Shown here: piece after piece, positions 17,424 to 24,725 of the stretch
Numbering within the stretch: the first letter of the stretch is position 1
How the letters are laid out: every line of letters begins with the position of its first letter
Source: a virus
Taxonomy: Duplodnaviria > Caudoviricetes
Strand: one strand, 5' to 3'
Virus record (IMG/VR): IMGVR_UViG_3300005546_000001
Location: 32,001-96,000 of that record
Length of the DNA: 64,000 nt
Position numbers and translations under genes: made by a program
Notes under the pieces: generated by a model
Told to the model about the DNA's origin: nothing
What the model saw: only the letters and a program-made list of their open reading frames with translations
The model's database searches: none

Positions 17424-17496
17424 TGGCGTGTCGTTTAATAGGCAAGACGGCAGATTGTTAATCTGTTAAGTGCAGGTTCGAGTCCTGCCGCGCCAG
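17424..17496 (+). tRNA. trnN: tRNA-Asn(GTT)
   Basis: Loop TTGTTAA, G73. Confidence 0.9.
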
Positions 17497-17502
17497 CTTT
17501 AA

Positions 17503-17577
17503 CTGTGTGTAGCCTAGTCTGGTTCAGGCACTTGGTTTGGGGCCAAGGTCACGGGAGTTCAAATCTCTCCACACAGA
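17503..17577 (+). tRNA. trnP: tRNA-Pro(TGG) copy 1
   Basis: C1-G72, A73, loop TTTGGGG. Confidence 0.9.
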
Positions 17578-17582
17578 CTTTA

Positions 17583-17656
17583 CAGGGTGTGGTGTCAATT
17601 GGCTGGCGACCCGGCCTGGAACCGGGAATATGCAGGTTCGAGTCCTGTCACCCTGA
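17583..17656 (+). tRNA. trnP: tRNA-Pro(TGG) copy 2, C33/A37
   Basis: C1-G72, A73, CCCGG-CCTGGAA-CCGGG. Confidence 0.8.
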
Positions 17657-17659
17657 CTT

Positions 17660-18175
17660 ATGAAAACAACAATAGCAACTTTATTTGTCGCATTGTTTCT
17701 TGCTGTTCCAGTGTTTTCACAAAACCGCGAACGGCACATGGATAATCGAGGTGTGTCAGAACACCGCCAAGAGTGGTTACAAGAACGTGCTCGAAATAGA
17801 GAACGAGAATCTCGTGATCGGCCTGTTAGAGTAGTTCCAGTAGTTCCGGTACGTCCAGTTCAACCTCGTATTGAAGATCGCCGTGGCGAGCAGCATCGCG
17901 ATTGGGATCGACGTGAACGCCACGAGCGTCCTTCGGGACCAAGAGTAGTGATCGTACCACGCTTGACATTCAGATTTCCTTTCTTTTACAAGGGAGCAAG
18001 AATCTACAACGCCTACGACTACGGATTTCGTGACGGATTCTACAAGGGACGAGAAGACTTCAGATTCGGATTTCCGTGTGATCCCGAATTCGAATTCGAT
18101 TACAGGCATTCATACGATGATCGTTATCGAGCGGGATTTCTTGCTGGATACGACCGTGGATGCCGTTGGCGCTAG
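17660..18175 (+). CDS. Secreted Arg/Glu-rich protein with GF/GY helical repeats
   Basis: Signal peptide; YGFRDGFYKG...YRAGFLAGYDRG. Confidence 0.65.
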   Translation: MKTTIATLFVALFLAVPVFSQNRERHMDNRGVSEHRQEWLQERARNRERESRDRPVRVVPVVPVRPVQPRIEDRRGEQHRDWDRRERHERPSGPRVVIVPRLTFRFPFFYKGARIYNAYDYGFRDGFYKGREDFRFGFPCDPEFEFDYRHSYDDRYRAGFLAGYDRGCRWR

Positions 18176-18184
18176 GAGATTTTT

Positions 18185-18331
18185 ATGCTTTGGACGATTT
18201 TGATCGTGCTTTTAGTTCTATGGTTACTCGGTTTGATCGGTGGAGTCGGGGGTGGTTTAATCCACCTCCTGCTCGTTGTCGCGCTGATCGTTCTTTTAAT
18301 CCAGTTGATTACTGGCCGAAGAGTAGTTTAA
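18185..18331 (+). CDS. lmo0937-family small membrane protein (48 aa, not in ORF track)
   Basis: MLWTILIVLLVLWLLGLIGGVGGGLIHLLLVVALIVLLIQLITGRRVV; GGAG RBS. Confidence 0.8.
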   Translation: MLWTILIVLLVLWLLGLIGGVGGGLIHLLLVVALIVLLIQLITGRRVV

Positions 18332-18338
18332 ATTTTTA

Positions 18339-18415
18339 GGGCTCATAGCTTCAATTGGTAAAGCGACTGGCCTGCAACCAGTAGACTCTCGGTTCGAATC
18401 CGAGTGGGTCCACCA
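18339..18415 (+). tRNA. trnA: tRNA-Ala(TGC), C33, CCA encoded
   Basis: G3-T70, ACTGG-CCTGCAA-CCAGT. Confidence 0.9.
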
Positions 18416-18420
18416 TTTTT

Positions 18421-18493
18421 GCGGATATAATTCAAGAGGATAGAATCCAAGTTTCCTAAACTTGCTATCCGGGTCCGAGTCCCGGTATCCGCT
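18421..18493 (+). tRNA. trnR: tRNA-Arg(CCT)
   Basis: CAAGT-TTCCTAA-ACTTG. Confidence 0.85.
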
Positions 18494-18496
18494 TTT

Positions 18497-18571
18497 GTAC
18501 GCATAGCTGAGATGGATTAGCGGCAGTCTGAAGAACTGCAAAGGCCCGTTCGATTCGTGCTGCGTACACCA
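18497..18571 (+). tRNA. trnF: tRNA-Phe(GAA), CCA encoded
   Basis: GCAGT-CTGAAGA-ACTGC. Confidence 0.9.
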
Positions 18572-18591
18572 CATCATATAAAGGAAAACAA

Positions 18592-18834
18592 ATGCATTAC
18601 CGAAATGGTCGTGAAGCTCATAACGGAGACAAGGTAGTAAAATTAGAAGGTGGGAAGATTGTTAGTTTCGGAGTGCTGCACAGCGCCACTCCCGGCAACG
18701 ATTACTGCAATGGATATATAGCTGTAGTACAGTCCCCAACCGACTACGCTTGTATGGTAGACTGTCTCCATGTAGATGACGTAGCTGAGTTGCTAGCAGA
18801 AAAAGGGTTAGCAACCCGACCGGCTGGTAAGTAA
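18592..18834 (+). CDS. Hypothetical phage protein
   Basis: AAGGA RBS; MHYRNGREA...CLHVDD. Confidence 0.65.
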   Translation: MHYRNGREAHNGDKVVKLEGGKIVSFGVLHSATPGNDYCNGYIAVVQSPTDYACMVDCLHVDDVAELLAEKGLATRPAGK

Positions 18835-18837
18835 TTT

Positions 18838-18908
18838 TGCTCGGAAACCAAATGGATCGGTGATAGTCTTTGAAACTATTTTAGTTGGTTCGATTCCAAC
18901 CCGAGCGG
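18838..18908 (+). tRNA. trnQ: tRNA-Gln(TTG)
   Basis: ATAGT-CTTTGAA-ACTAT. Confidence 0.85.
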
Positions 18909-18912
18909 CTTT

Positions 18913-18985
18913 GTCGCGCTGATATAACTGGTTATTATTCCGGTCCTGTAAATCGGCCATCGGGGTTCGACTCCCCGGCGCGGCT
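18913..18985 (+). tRNA. trnT: tRNA-Thr(TGT), C33
   Basis: CCGGT-CCTGTAA-ATCGG, T73, short variable loop. Confidence 0.8.
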
Positions 18986-19001
18986 CTTAGGATTAAATTT
19001 T

Positions 19002-19145
19002 ATGCCATATAAAGTAAAAACCCCATCTGGTGTTTTAGCAGATGGAGAATGGGAACGAATCGAAGATATTCCAGAAAAAATACCAGATCGATTTGAATAC
19101 TACTTTGAAACTGCTGAAGCAGAAATTATATGGGTTGACGACTAA
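19002..19145 (+). CDS. Small acidic hypothetical protein
   Basis: AGGA upstream, start MPYKV. Confidence 0.5.
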   Translation: MPYKVKTPSGVLADGEWERIEDIPEKIPDRFEYYFETAEAEIIWVDD

Positions 19146-19152
19146 TTTAGTT

Positions 19153-19190
19153 GCCGTATTGATGTAGCTGGAAACACGGGAGTCTTCCAA
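19153..19190 (+). pseudogene. 5' half of tRNA-Gly(TCC)
   Basis: GCCGTAT-TG-D arm-GGAGT-CTTCCAA, then an abrupt A-rich break; no matching 3' half nearby. Confidence 0.7.
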
Positions 19191-19198
19191 AAATAAAA

Positions 19199-19687
19199 AT
19201 GTATAAACAAAGATTTTGTAATGATTGTGGCTCTAAAAGAGATAAAAGAAGCAAAAGCGAACTTTGCTTAATATGCTTTAGAGAAAAAGTTAAACGCGAG
19301 GCTAATAAATATCAACCCGGATTTATTTAAGGTGGAAGTCAGTGGGCAGATAAGGATGGTTTAACTCATTATCAAAAAAATAAATCTCAATATTCTGCAT
19401 TAGCTATGCTCTCGAAGAAGAGAAGAAAGATTATTCTCTATAGTATTATAAATGAATACAAAGCTGAACGAGGGTGCAAGGATTGTGGCAATAAATTTCC
19501 AGAATATCCACAAGTTTTAGATTTTGATCATTTAGATTCAAATAATAAAAAGGCAGCAATTTCATCAATGCTACAGTTTGGGAATTCTTTGCAGTTAATA
19601 ATAGACGAGATTGCTAAATGTGAGTTAGTTTGTGCAAATTGTCATAGAATAAGAACTTTTAAAAGAAGACATAAAATTAGTATTTAA
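19199..19687 (+). pseudogene. HNH homing endonuclease with in-frame TAA at codon 44
   Basis: ATG 19199, CxxC..CxxC, TAA 19328-30; the frame continues into ORF 19406 (CKDC, LDFDH, CANCH). Confidence 0.7.
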
Positions 19688-19689
19688 TT

Positions 19690-19762
19690 GTGAAAGTAGC
19701 TCAATTGGCAGAGCGCCAGTCTTCCAAACTGGATGTTGCGAGATCGTTGCTCGTCTTTCACA
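19690..19762 (+). tRNA. trnG: tRNA-Gly(TCC)
   Basis: CCAGT-CTTCCAA-ACTGG; T loop ATCGTTG; A73. Confidence 0.8.
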
Positions 19763-19766
19763 TTTC

Positions 19767-19838
19767 GCCAGATTCGACAAGCGGAAAGTCACTACGTTTA
19801 CACCGTAGCATGCGTGGGTCCGAATCCTACATCTGGCA
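19767..19838 (+). tRNA. trnV: tRNA-Val(TAC)
   Basis: CTACG-TTTACAC-CGTAG. Confidence 0.85.
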
Positions 19839-19839
19839 T

Positions 19840-19996
19840 TCTGTGCGGTATATCGAAAGTAGCCCCCGCTTTGTCTGGTAAGGTTGCAAACGAACCAGCG
19901 AAGTACTTGGCAATCGGCGCCTGAAGCAGAAGCATGGAATGCTGGCCAGCAAGAAATGCGGAGCAGGAGATTGGCGCAAATTCGGGATAGCACAGA
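19840..19996 (+). ncRNA. Structured RNA containing a tmRNA-tag-like reading frame
   Basis: Ends pair (TCTGTGC/GCACAGA); 19886-19924 reads ANEPAKYLAIGA*. Confidence 0.45.
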
Positions 19997-19999
19997 TTC

Positions 20000-20077
20000 G
20001 CTGGTGTAGTGTATAAAAATAGGATAACACAGCCTTCCCGTAAAGGGCAAATGGCGGTTCGAGTCCGCTCATCAGCT
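20000..20077 (+). tRNA. trnT: tRNA-Thr(CGT), C33, enlarged D loop
   Basis: GCCTT-CCCGTAA-AGGGC, T73. Confidence 0.8.
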
Positions 20078-20084
20078 TAATTTT

Positions 20085-20630
20085 ATGAGGCCAGTTCTTC
20101 AATTATCCGCAGCATATGAAGCTGAGAAGTTAGTCTCAGTAGAAGATGCTTTCCTGCTTATCTGGAAGGGCGCCGCTGAACTCGTTGAACCGGACGGCGC
20201 CAGAGTCCTTCGCTCCCAGTACGATAGTTTCCCACAACCTTCCGTAATCCGCCTCGTTAAATATATCGACATCCGTGGAAAACAACGTCGTTCACATTCC
20301 AAAAGAAATCGTGTCCTAGGACGTGACGGCTACCGCTGTCAGTATTGTGGAGCTAAAGGTACAAACATGACTCTGACAATGGATCACATCTTTCCAGCAT
20401 CCCGAGGTGGGCAAACATCCCCAGAGAACCTTGTTACTGCGTGTTTTTCTTGTAATCAAAAGAAGGGTGATCGGACTCCAGAAGAAGCTGGGATGCGTCT
20501 CAGAAAGAACCCAACGTCTCTTACATATGGGATCGACCGTTCAATTATTTGTCACATCGCAGAGAACCGCCCAGAATGGGCCAAGTTCTTGTACATCGAT
20601 AGTAAGTACTCAGAAGCTTTTGAGGAATAA
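20085..20630 (+). CDS. HNH endonuclease
   Basis: PSVIRL, RDGYRCQYCG, TMDHIFPASRGG, NLVTACFSCN. Confidence 0.9.
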   Translation: MRPVLQLSAAYEAEKLVSVEDAFLLIWKGAAELVEPDGARVLRSQYDSFPQPSVIRLVKYIDIRGKQRRSHSKRNRVLGRDGYRCQYCGAKGTNMTLTMDHIFPASRGGQTSPENLVTACFSCNQKKGDRTPEEAGMRLRKNPTSLTYGIDRSIICHIAENRPEWAKFLYIDSKYSEAFEE

Positions 20631-20677
20631 CCCCGGCTTAGCCGGACTGTAGGATTTATGTCAGCCAAAGTTAACGG

Positions 20678-20704
20678 GGGGCCGCAAGAGCGGCCCCTTT
20701 CTTA
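20678..20704 (+). terminator. Rho-independent terminator of the tRNA operon
   Basis: GGGGCCGC-AAGA-GCGGCCCC followed by TTTCTTA. Confidence 0.8.
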
Positions 20705-20750
20705 TTATGCAGAACCAAAAAATCCATCAATAGAGGAAGAAGTCAGCCCT

Positions 20751-21170
20751 ATGCGCAAAAGTAATCTTTCCAACGAAGATGATATAGCTGACATCGCAAA
20801 TATTCTTCGCGATGGATTTAAAGATATTGGCAAGCAACTAGAAGATCAGAAAGACGAGATTGCTAGCCGCATGCCAGTCAAACCATCATTAACAGCTATT
20901 ATCGGCGCTGCTGTGGCTGTTTTAACTGTATGCTTAATTGTCGGCGCGTATCTTGTAACTATTACTAAATATAGTTCAGATCTTGCTGGAGAAGTAAATG
21001 TCTTAAAAACAACTATTCAAAATCAAAATGAAAAATTTATTAATTTGCAGACCCAGATTAATGATGATAAATTAGATGTCAAAACGATGAGAGCAGAAGT
21101 AAATCAGTTAAGAATTGAAGTTGCCCGAGTATCTGGAAGAGTTGTAGTTCCAACTCCCGCCATTCCCTAA
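20751..21170 (+). CDS. Single-pass membrane coiled-coil protein
   Basis: Start moved downstream of the terminator; TM segment then coiled coil. Confidence 0.6.
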   Translation: MRKSNLSNEDDIADIANILRDGFKDIGKQLEDQKDEIASRMPVKPSLTAIIGAAVAVLTVCLIVGAYLVTITKYSSDLAGEVNVLKTTIQNQNEKFINLQTQINDDKLDVKTMRAEVNQLRIEVARVSGRVVVPTPAIP

Positions 21171-21195
21171 CAATCAAATTAAAGGATAAAAAATA

Positions 21196-21423
21196 ATGTG
21201 TGTACCTTGCAAAGTAGTAACTAATGGTTTAACCGCTGTTGGTAAAATAAATGGATGGTATGGTGGACTAGAAGAACTTCATAGTAGAGGATTTGATCTC
21301 CCAGCATCAGCCTACCGCCGCGCCAAGGAAGTTTTGTGTGGATTTGATGATGATATGGACGAAGTTCTAAATTTCATTAACAACGGCCCATATGTGCCCT
21401 TTAAGAAAGAAATAATTCTCTAG
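21196..21423 (+). CDS. Hypothetical protein
   Basis: AAGGA RBS. Confidence 0.5.
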   Translation: MCVPCKVVTNGLTAVGKINGWYGGLEELHSRGFDLPASAYRRAKEVLCGFDDDMDEVLNFINNGPYVPFKKEIIL

Positions 21424-21445
21424 GGATAGCATATATGCTATATGA

Positions 21446-21820
21446 ATGGGATCAATAATGGCAGATCGTGACATAATGACTGAGTTAGCAGTCATGATAG
21501 ATCAATTAACTGATGCCGTGAAAGCACTTACTATCAAGCTGGATAAATTACAAGATGAGAAAGTTCAGTCTCTTTCAGAACAAATGGCACGCCAAGATGA
21601 GCGTTTGAAATCAACCGAAGTTATAGCTAGCTCAGCAAAAAATATATCCGACGTAATTTCAAATGAATTTAGTGCTCAGAAAGATAAGGTAGCAAAACTC
21701 GAAAGATTCTTTTATGGAATGATAATTTTTGTAATTATCCAGCTAATTGGGCTGCTTATTTGGCTGATAAAAATTCCCCATGCAATGGTAATTTTGAAAG
21801 GTATTTCATGGCTGAGATAG
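21446..21820 (+). CDS. Coiled-coil protein with C-terminal TM (XhlA/holin-like)
   Basis: Heptad region followed by a hydrophobic helix. Confidence 0.5.
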   Translation: MGSIMADRDIMTELAVMIDQLTDAVKALTIKLDKLQDEKVQSLSEQMARQDERLKSTEVIASSAKNISDVISNEFSAQKDKVAKLERFFYGMIIFVIIQLIGLLIWLIKIPHAMVILKGISWLR

Positions 21821-22266
21821 ATTTGGATGCTCTAAAATCAAGATTACGAATGATTCGCGCTGGAATGAGCCGGTCGTTTTGGAGTGATTTGCTGGTAGAA
21901 ACTGCGGCTGCAATAGTTGTAGAAGAAAGTGGTTATATAGTTGATGCTACAAAACCAGGAGATTTGTTATTTGGGTACATCCCAGGTGAACTTGCCGGAC
22001 AATCTTTAAAAACCATAATTCCAAAACGATTTTGGGAAATACATGATCAACATTGGAAACGATATTGGGAAAATCCTATCGCTCAAGCAATGGGCGCCCG
22101 CTTAATGGAGGTTCCTGATATGAGCGGAGCCTCCAAACGAAAGTTGGATATTGTTGGCCGGGTTAAGGACGGAACAGAGAAGAATTTGACTATCGGACTT
22201 TATCCATTTAAACCAAAAGAAACCGATCAAAGAGCCGCATTAGCGTTGATATCAGAGAGATTTTAA
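21808..22266 (+). CDS. Stand-alone PAS-domain protein (FixL/DOS-like)
   Basis: AAIVVEESGYIV..LFGY...EL.GQSL..IIP....H......Y...MG...GRVKDGTE. Confidence 0.8.
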   Translation: MAEIDLDALKSRLRMIRAGMSRSFWSDLLVETAAAIVVEESGYIVDATKPGDLLFGYIPGELAGQSLKTIIPKRFWEIHDQHWKRYWENPIAQAMGARLMEVPDMSGASKRKLDIVGRVKDGTEKNLTIGLYPFKPKETDQRAALALISERF

Positions 22267-22610
22267 TGCATCAATGGTTTTTTACACGTCCAAAATGGAT
22301 AGCATTTGGTTCTATGACATCCGGGGCTGTTAGTACTGCATATGGATTGTTTACATGCATTCGATATGCTCAAAGTGGACAATCAGTATCCCCAATATTT
22401 GGGACTGTTCCAATGGCATTTCCTACTGCCGCATTATTTGTAATTGATGGATTAGCGATCTTTTGGATTGGCTGGTTAATAAGAACTCAAAATTTTTCTA
22501 AAGCTAGAAACTACCCAAGATTAAGCGAAAACCATAAGGTACAATTAATTTTGGCTGCCATCAGTGCTATTTCTTTAATCTTAGTAGCTCTAATTGGGTC
22601 GTTTAAATAG
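22266..22610 (+). CDS. 3-TM membrane protein resembling a sensor membrane domain
   Basis: Three hydrophobic helices, PMAFPTAALF motif. Confidence 0.55.
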   Translation: MHQWFFTRPKWIAFGSMTSGAVSTAYGLFTCIRYAQSGQSVSPIFGTVPMAFPTAALFVIDGLAIFWIGWLIRTQNFSKARNYPRLSENHKVQLILAAISAISLILVALIGSFK

Positions 22611-22896
22611 CAGCTAGCTTGCTACATAATTCTTTAACGCTCTTACAAAGAGCTATCCTTCGAGCATGTTCCGGGCGATCTATGTCTTCAACCATTCGCT
22701 TTGTTACGCCCATCATTAATTTTGTTTCTTCCACGAAATCATTTACATTCCTTGCAAGCAAGCATACCCAAAAATTTCCTTGTTTAAAATAAGCAACGCT
22801 TATCTTCTTAAGAAAATCCTTATGTCGGGTTCCCATTTCCACTCGACTACCAAGTTTTATCTCATCATCAGTTAATCCGCGAAATATAAGTTTCAT
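22603..22896 (-). CDS. Hypothetical protein
   Basis: Last gene of the minus-strand block. Confidence 0.55.
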   Translation of the reverse strand: MKLIFRGLTDDEIKLGSRVEMGTRHKDFLKKISVAYFKQGNFWVCLLARNVNDFVEETKLMMGVTKRMVEDIDRPEHARRIALCKSVKELCSKLAAI

Positions 22897-23240
22897 AATT
22901 CCCCACTATCAAATTTCTTATAGCACTCATTACATTCCTGAATATTATTTACTCTTCCATCTGAGAATGCCTCAGTAAAATACCAAATGCCATGTTCACA
23001 AATTGCAAGTTCTACTTGCAATCCAGTAAATGGGCTACATTCTGGGTCATCCTTGATATACTTGCAATTTCTTGATTTTCGCATGGCTTGTACACCAAGA
23101 ACTTTTGCGTGCTCCTTGTCAAAAGCAAGCACTCCGACGCAATCTCGTCCAGATTCTATCGGTCCAGTTCCATCGTCTAAAATAGGAATTACTTCTTCGT
23201 ATTCAGGGGACATTACCCAATAGGGCTTTAATTCTTCCAT
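22893..23240 (-). CDS. Hypothetical protein
   Basis: Coupled ORF. Confidence 0.55.
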   Translation of the reverse strand: MEELKPYWVMSPEYEEVIPILDDGTGPIESGRDCVGVLAFDKEHAKVLGVQAMRKSRNCKYIKDDPECSPFTGLQVELAICEHGIWYFTEAFSDGRVNNIQECNECYKKFDSGEL

Positions 23241-23242
23241 AA

Positions 23243-23692
23243 TTACCTCGGCGCATATATTTCAATCCTTATATTTTCAAGCGGTGATAGTTTTTCCAGC
23301 ATTAGTGGCAGAACTTCTCCAAAGAAATCCAGTCCCCCGTTGCCACACCCAAGAGCCGGTATTGCTATCGAATCGATTTCTCCTTCTTTTATTACTCTAA
23401 CTAAATCATCCAACCCATCTTCAATCCATTCTATTTTTGAAGGATTTTTCCAATGAACTTTTGTTGGAAAAGAAATAACATAACGTGGCTCGAATAAATG
23501 CTCGCAAACGTACATCTTTCCCGGCTGTACTTGCCCAGCATCGCAAGCTATCTTATGTGCTTTAAAGCATTCTGGAAATCTTTTCTTGAACTCCAGCGCA
23601 ACTCCTTTACCCCAAGTCCCAACACAATTTACTGTGTTCACAAGAGCTTCACAATTACTAGAAAACAAATCGCCGTGTAAAACTTCAATCAT
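23243..23692 (-). CDS. Macrodomain ADP-ribose hydrolase (DarG/Poa1p-like)
   Basis: GDLF, NTVNCVG..GKGVALEFK, FPTK.HW, IAIPALGCGNGGL. Confidence 0.9.
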   Translation of the reverse strand: MIEVLHGDLFSSNCEALVNTVNCVGTWGKGVALEFKKRFPECFKAHKIACDAGQVQPGKMYVCEHLFEPRYVISFPTKVHWKNPSKIEWIEDGLDDLVRVIKEGEIDSIAIPALGCGNGGLDFFGEVLPLMLEKLSPLENIRIEIYAPR

Positions 23693-24300
23693 TACACTCC
23701 TATTTTAGTAGTCCACATCAAACTCAAGCCTCCGGCTACTATTTTAAGATCTATTACTTTTCCGTATTGCCCCGTTAGTATAAAAGCATCTTCAATTTCA
23801 AATTCCCAAAAATGCTCGGGGCTGGGATTTTGATTCATTAGCGGGACACTGATTACAAGGTTTCCCCTTGGATGAGTAATTCGTGCTAGTTCAGCAACTA
23901 CTCTTTCTGGATCATCCACATGCTCTAGAGTCTCACCGCAATGAGTGAGATAAAACTGACCATCATTGTATCTGGTAGCTATAACATCTCTGCATTTAAA
24001 TTCAATGTGAGGATTGTATTGCTGGCAGAAATCAATTACATTTGGTGAAAAATCCAACCCGTATTTTTTCCAAGTTGGAAAAACAGCGTGAACATGATTC
24101 AGGAGTTCTGCCGAACCACATCCTGCGTCAAGAAATGCCAGCGCCTGTCCGGGCCAGTATTGTTGAACGTCTCTGATTGCATTGTAAACGAAGACAGTCC
24201 GCTCAAAATCAAATCTTTGTTTGCCTGAGCTGATTTCGGATTGGTATTGTTTGTCCCAGTATTCAGGACTATTCAACTGCGGGTTTTCAGTTCTTTTCAT
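23692..24300 (-). CDS. Class I SAM methyltransferase
   Basis: LDAGCGS, GLDFS, ETLEHV. Confidence 0.85.
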   Translation of the reverse strand: MKRTENPQLNSPEYWDKQYQSEISSGKQRFDFERTVFVYNAIRDVQQYWPGQALAFLDAGCGSAELLNHVHAVFPTWKKYGLDFSPNVIDFCQQYNPHIEFKCRDVIATRYNDGQFYLTHCGETLEHVDDPERVVAELARITHPRGNLVISVPLMNQNPSPEHFWEFEIEDAFILTGQYGKVIDLKIVAGGLSLMWTTKIGV

Positions 24301-24725
24301 TCTACTTTCCCAGTTACAAAATTATACACCACGCACGGCTTGCCAGCCTTCTTCATTCGTCTGGTCATATCCATGCTTCCCTTCGAGTGTCCGTCCCACA
24401 TAACCAGCGCAGCGTCTGCATACTCCGCCATCAACTGATTCCTCTCAAATCCTGCGGCCATGTTCACCTTTCCACCTATACGCCATTTGGCTGGAAATTG
24501 TTTAACTGGAACTGCCGCACGGTATGCCGCCAGCTCCCCGATTTTATCGGCACCGCGAGCCGCGCCAGAAACTATTTCAGTAGGATGAAAATCTGTGTAA
24601 TCTTGCAATACACGCCAAACTTTGTTTCTCAGCAAGTCACACCCGTAACAATCTTTGTTCGGGTTTGCGTCGTGTCCCTTTATTGTACAACAAAAACTTC
24701 TCGAACCGGCTATTATAAGCTTCAT
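24297..24725 (-). CDS. SLOG/YspA-like (DUF2493) protein
   Basis: IIAGSR, IVSGAARGAD, AGFERN..M, WDG.SKG. Confidence 0.85.
   Translation of the reverse strand: MKLIIAGSRSFCCTIKGHDANPNKDCYGCDLLRNKVWRVLQDYTDFHPTEIVSGAARGADKIGELAAYRAAVPVKQFPAKWRIGGKVNMAAGFERNQLMAEYADAALVMWDGHSKGSMDMTRRMKKAGKPCVVYNFVTGKVE

Noticed and set aside
17583-17656. tRNA-Ser(GGA)
   Set aside because: The perfect stem gives TGG; C1-G72/A73 Pro identity; no variable arm
18913-18985. Second tRNA-Tyr (CTGTAAA)
   Set aside because: Stem register gives CC-TGT-AA; no variable arm; T73 as in the other Thr genes
14496-20077. Theta/HDV-like ribozymes after tRNAs
   Set aside because: No spacer shows the full P1-P2-P3-P1.1 arrangement; only a partial resemblance at 14667 and 15751
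14480-20102. Numerous ORF-track ORFs over the tRNA array (e.g. 15275, 15801, 17126, 19625, 19690)
   Set aside because: They overlap tRNA genes and are shadow ORFs
20621-20645. RNase P RNA 3' motif (CCCGGCTTA)
   Set aside because: No upstream GAGGAAAGTCC partner; explained by a small CCGGC-TTA-GCCGG hairpin
20658-20750. N-terminal extension of ORF 20658
   Set aside because: Spans the terminator hairpin; start at 20751 preferred
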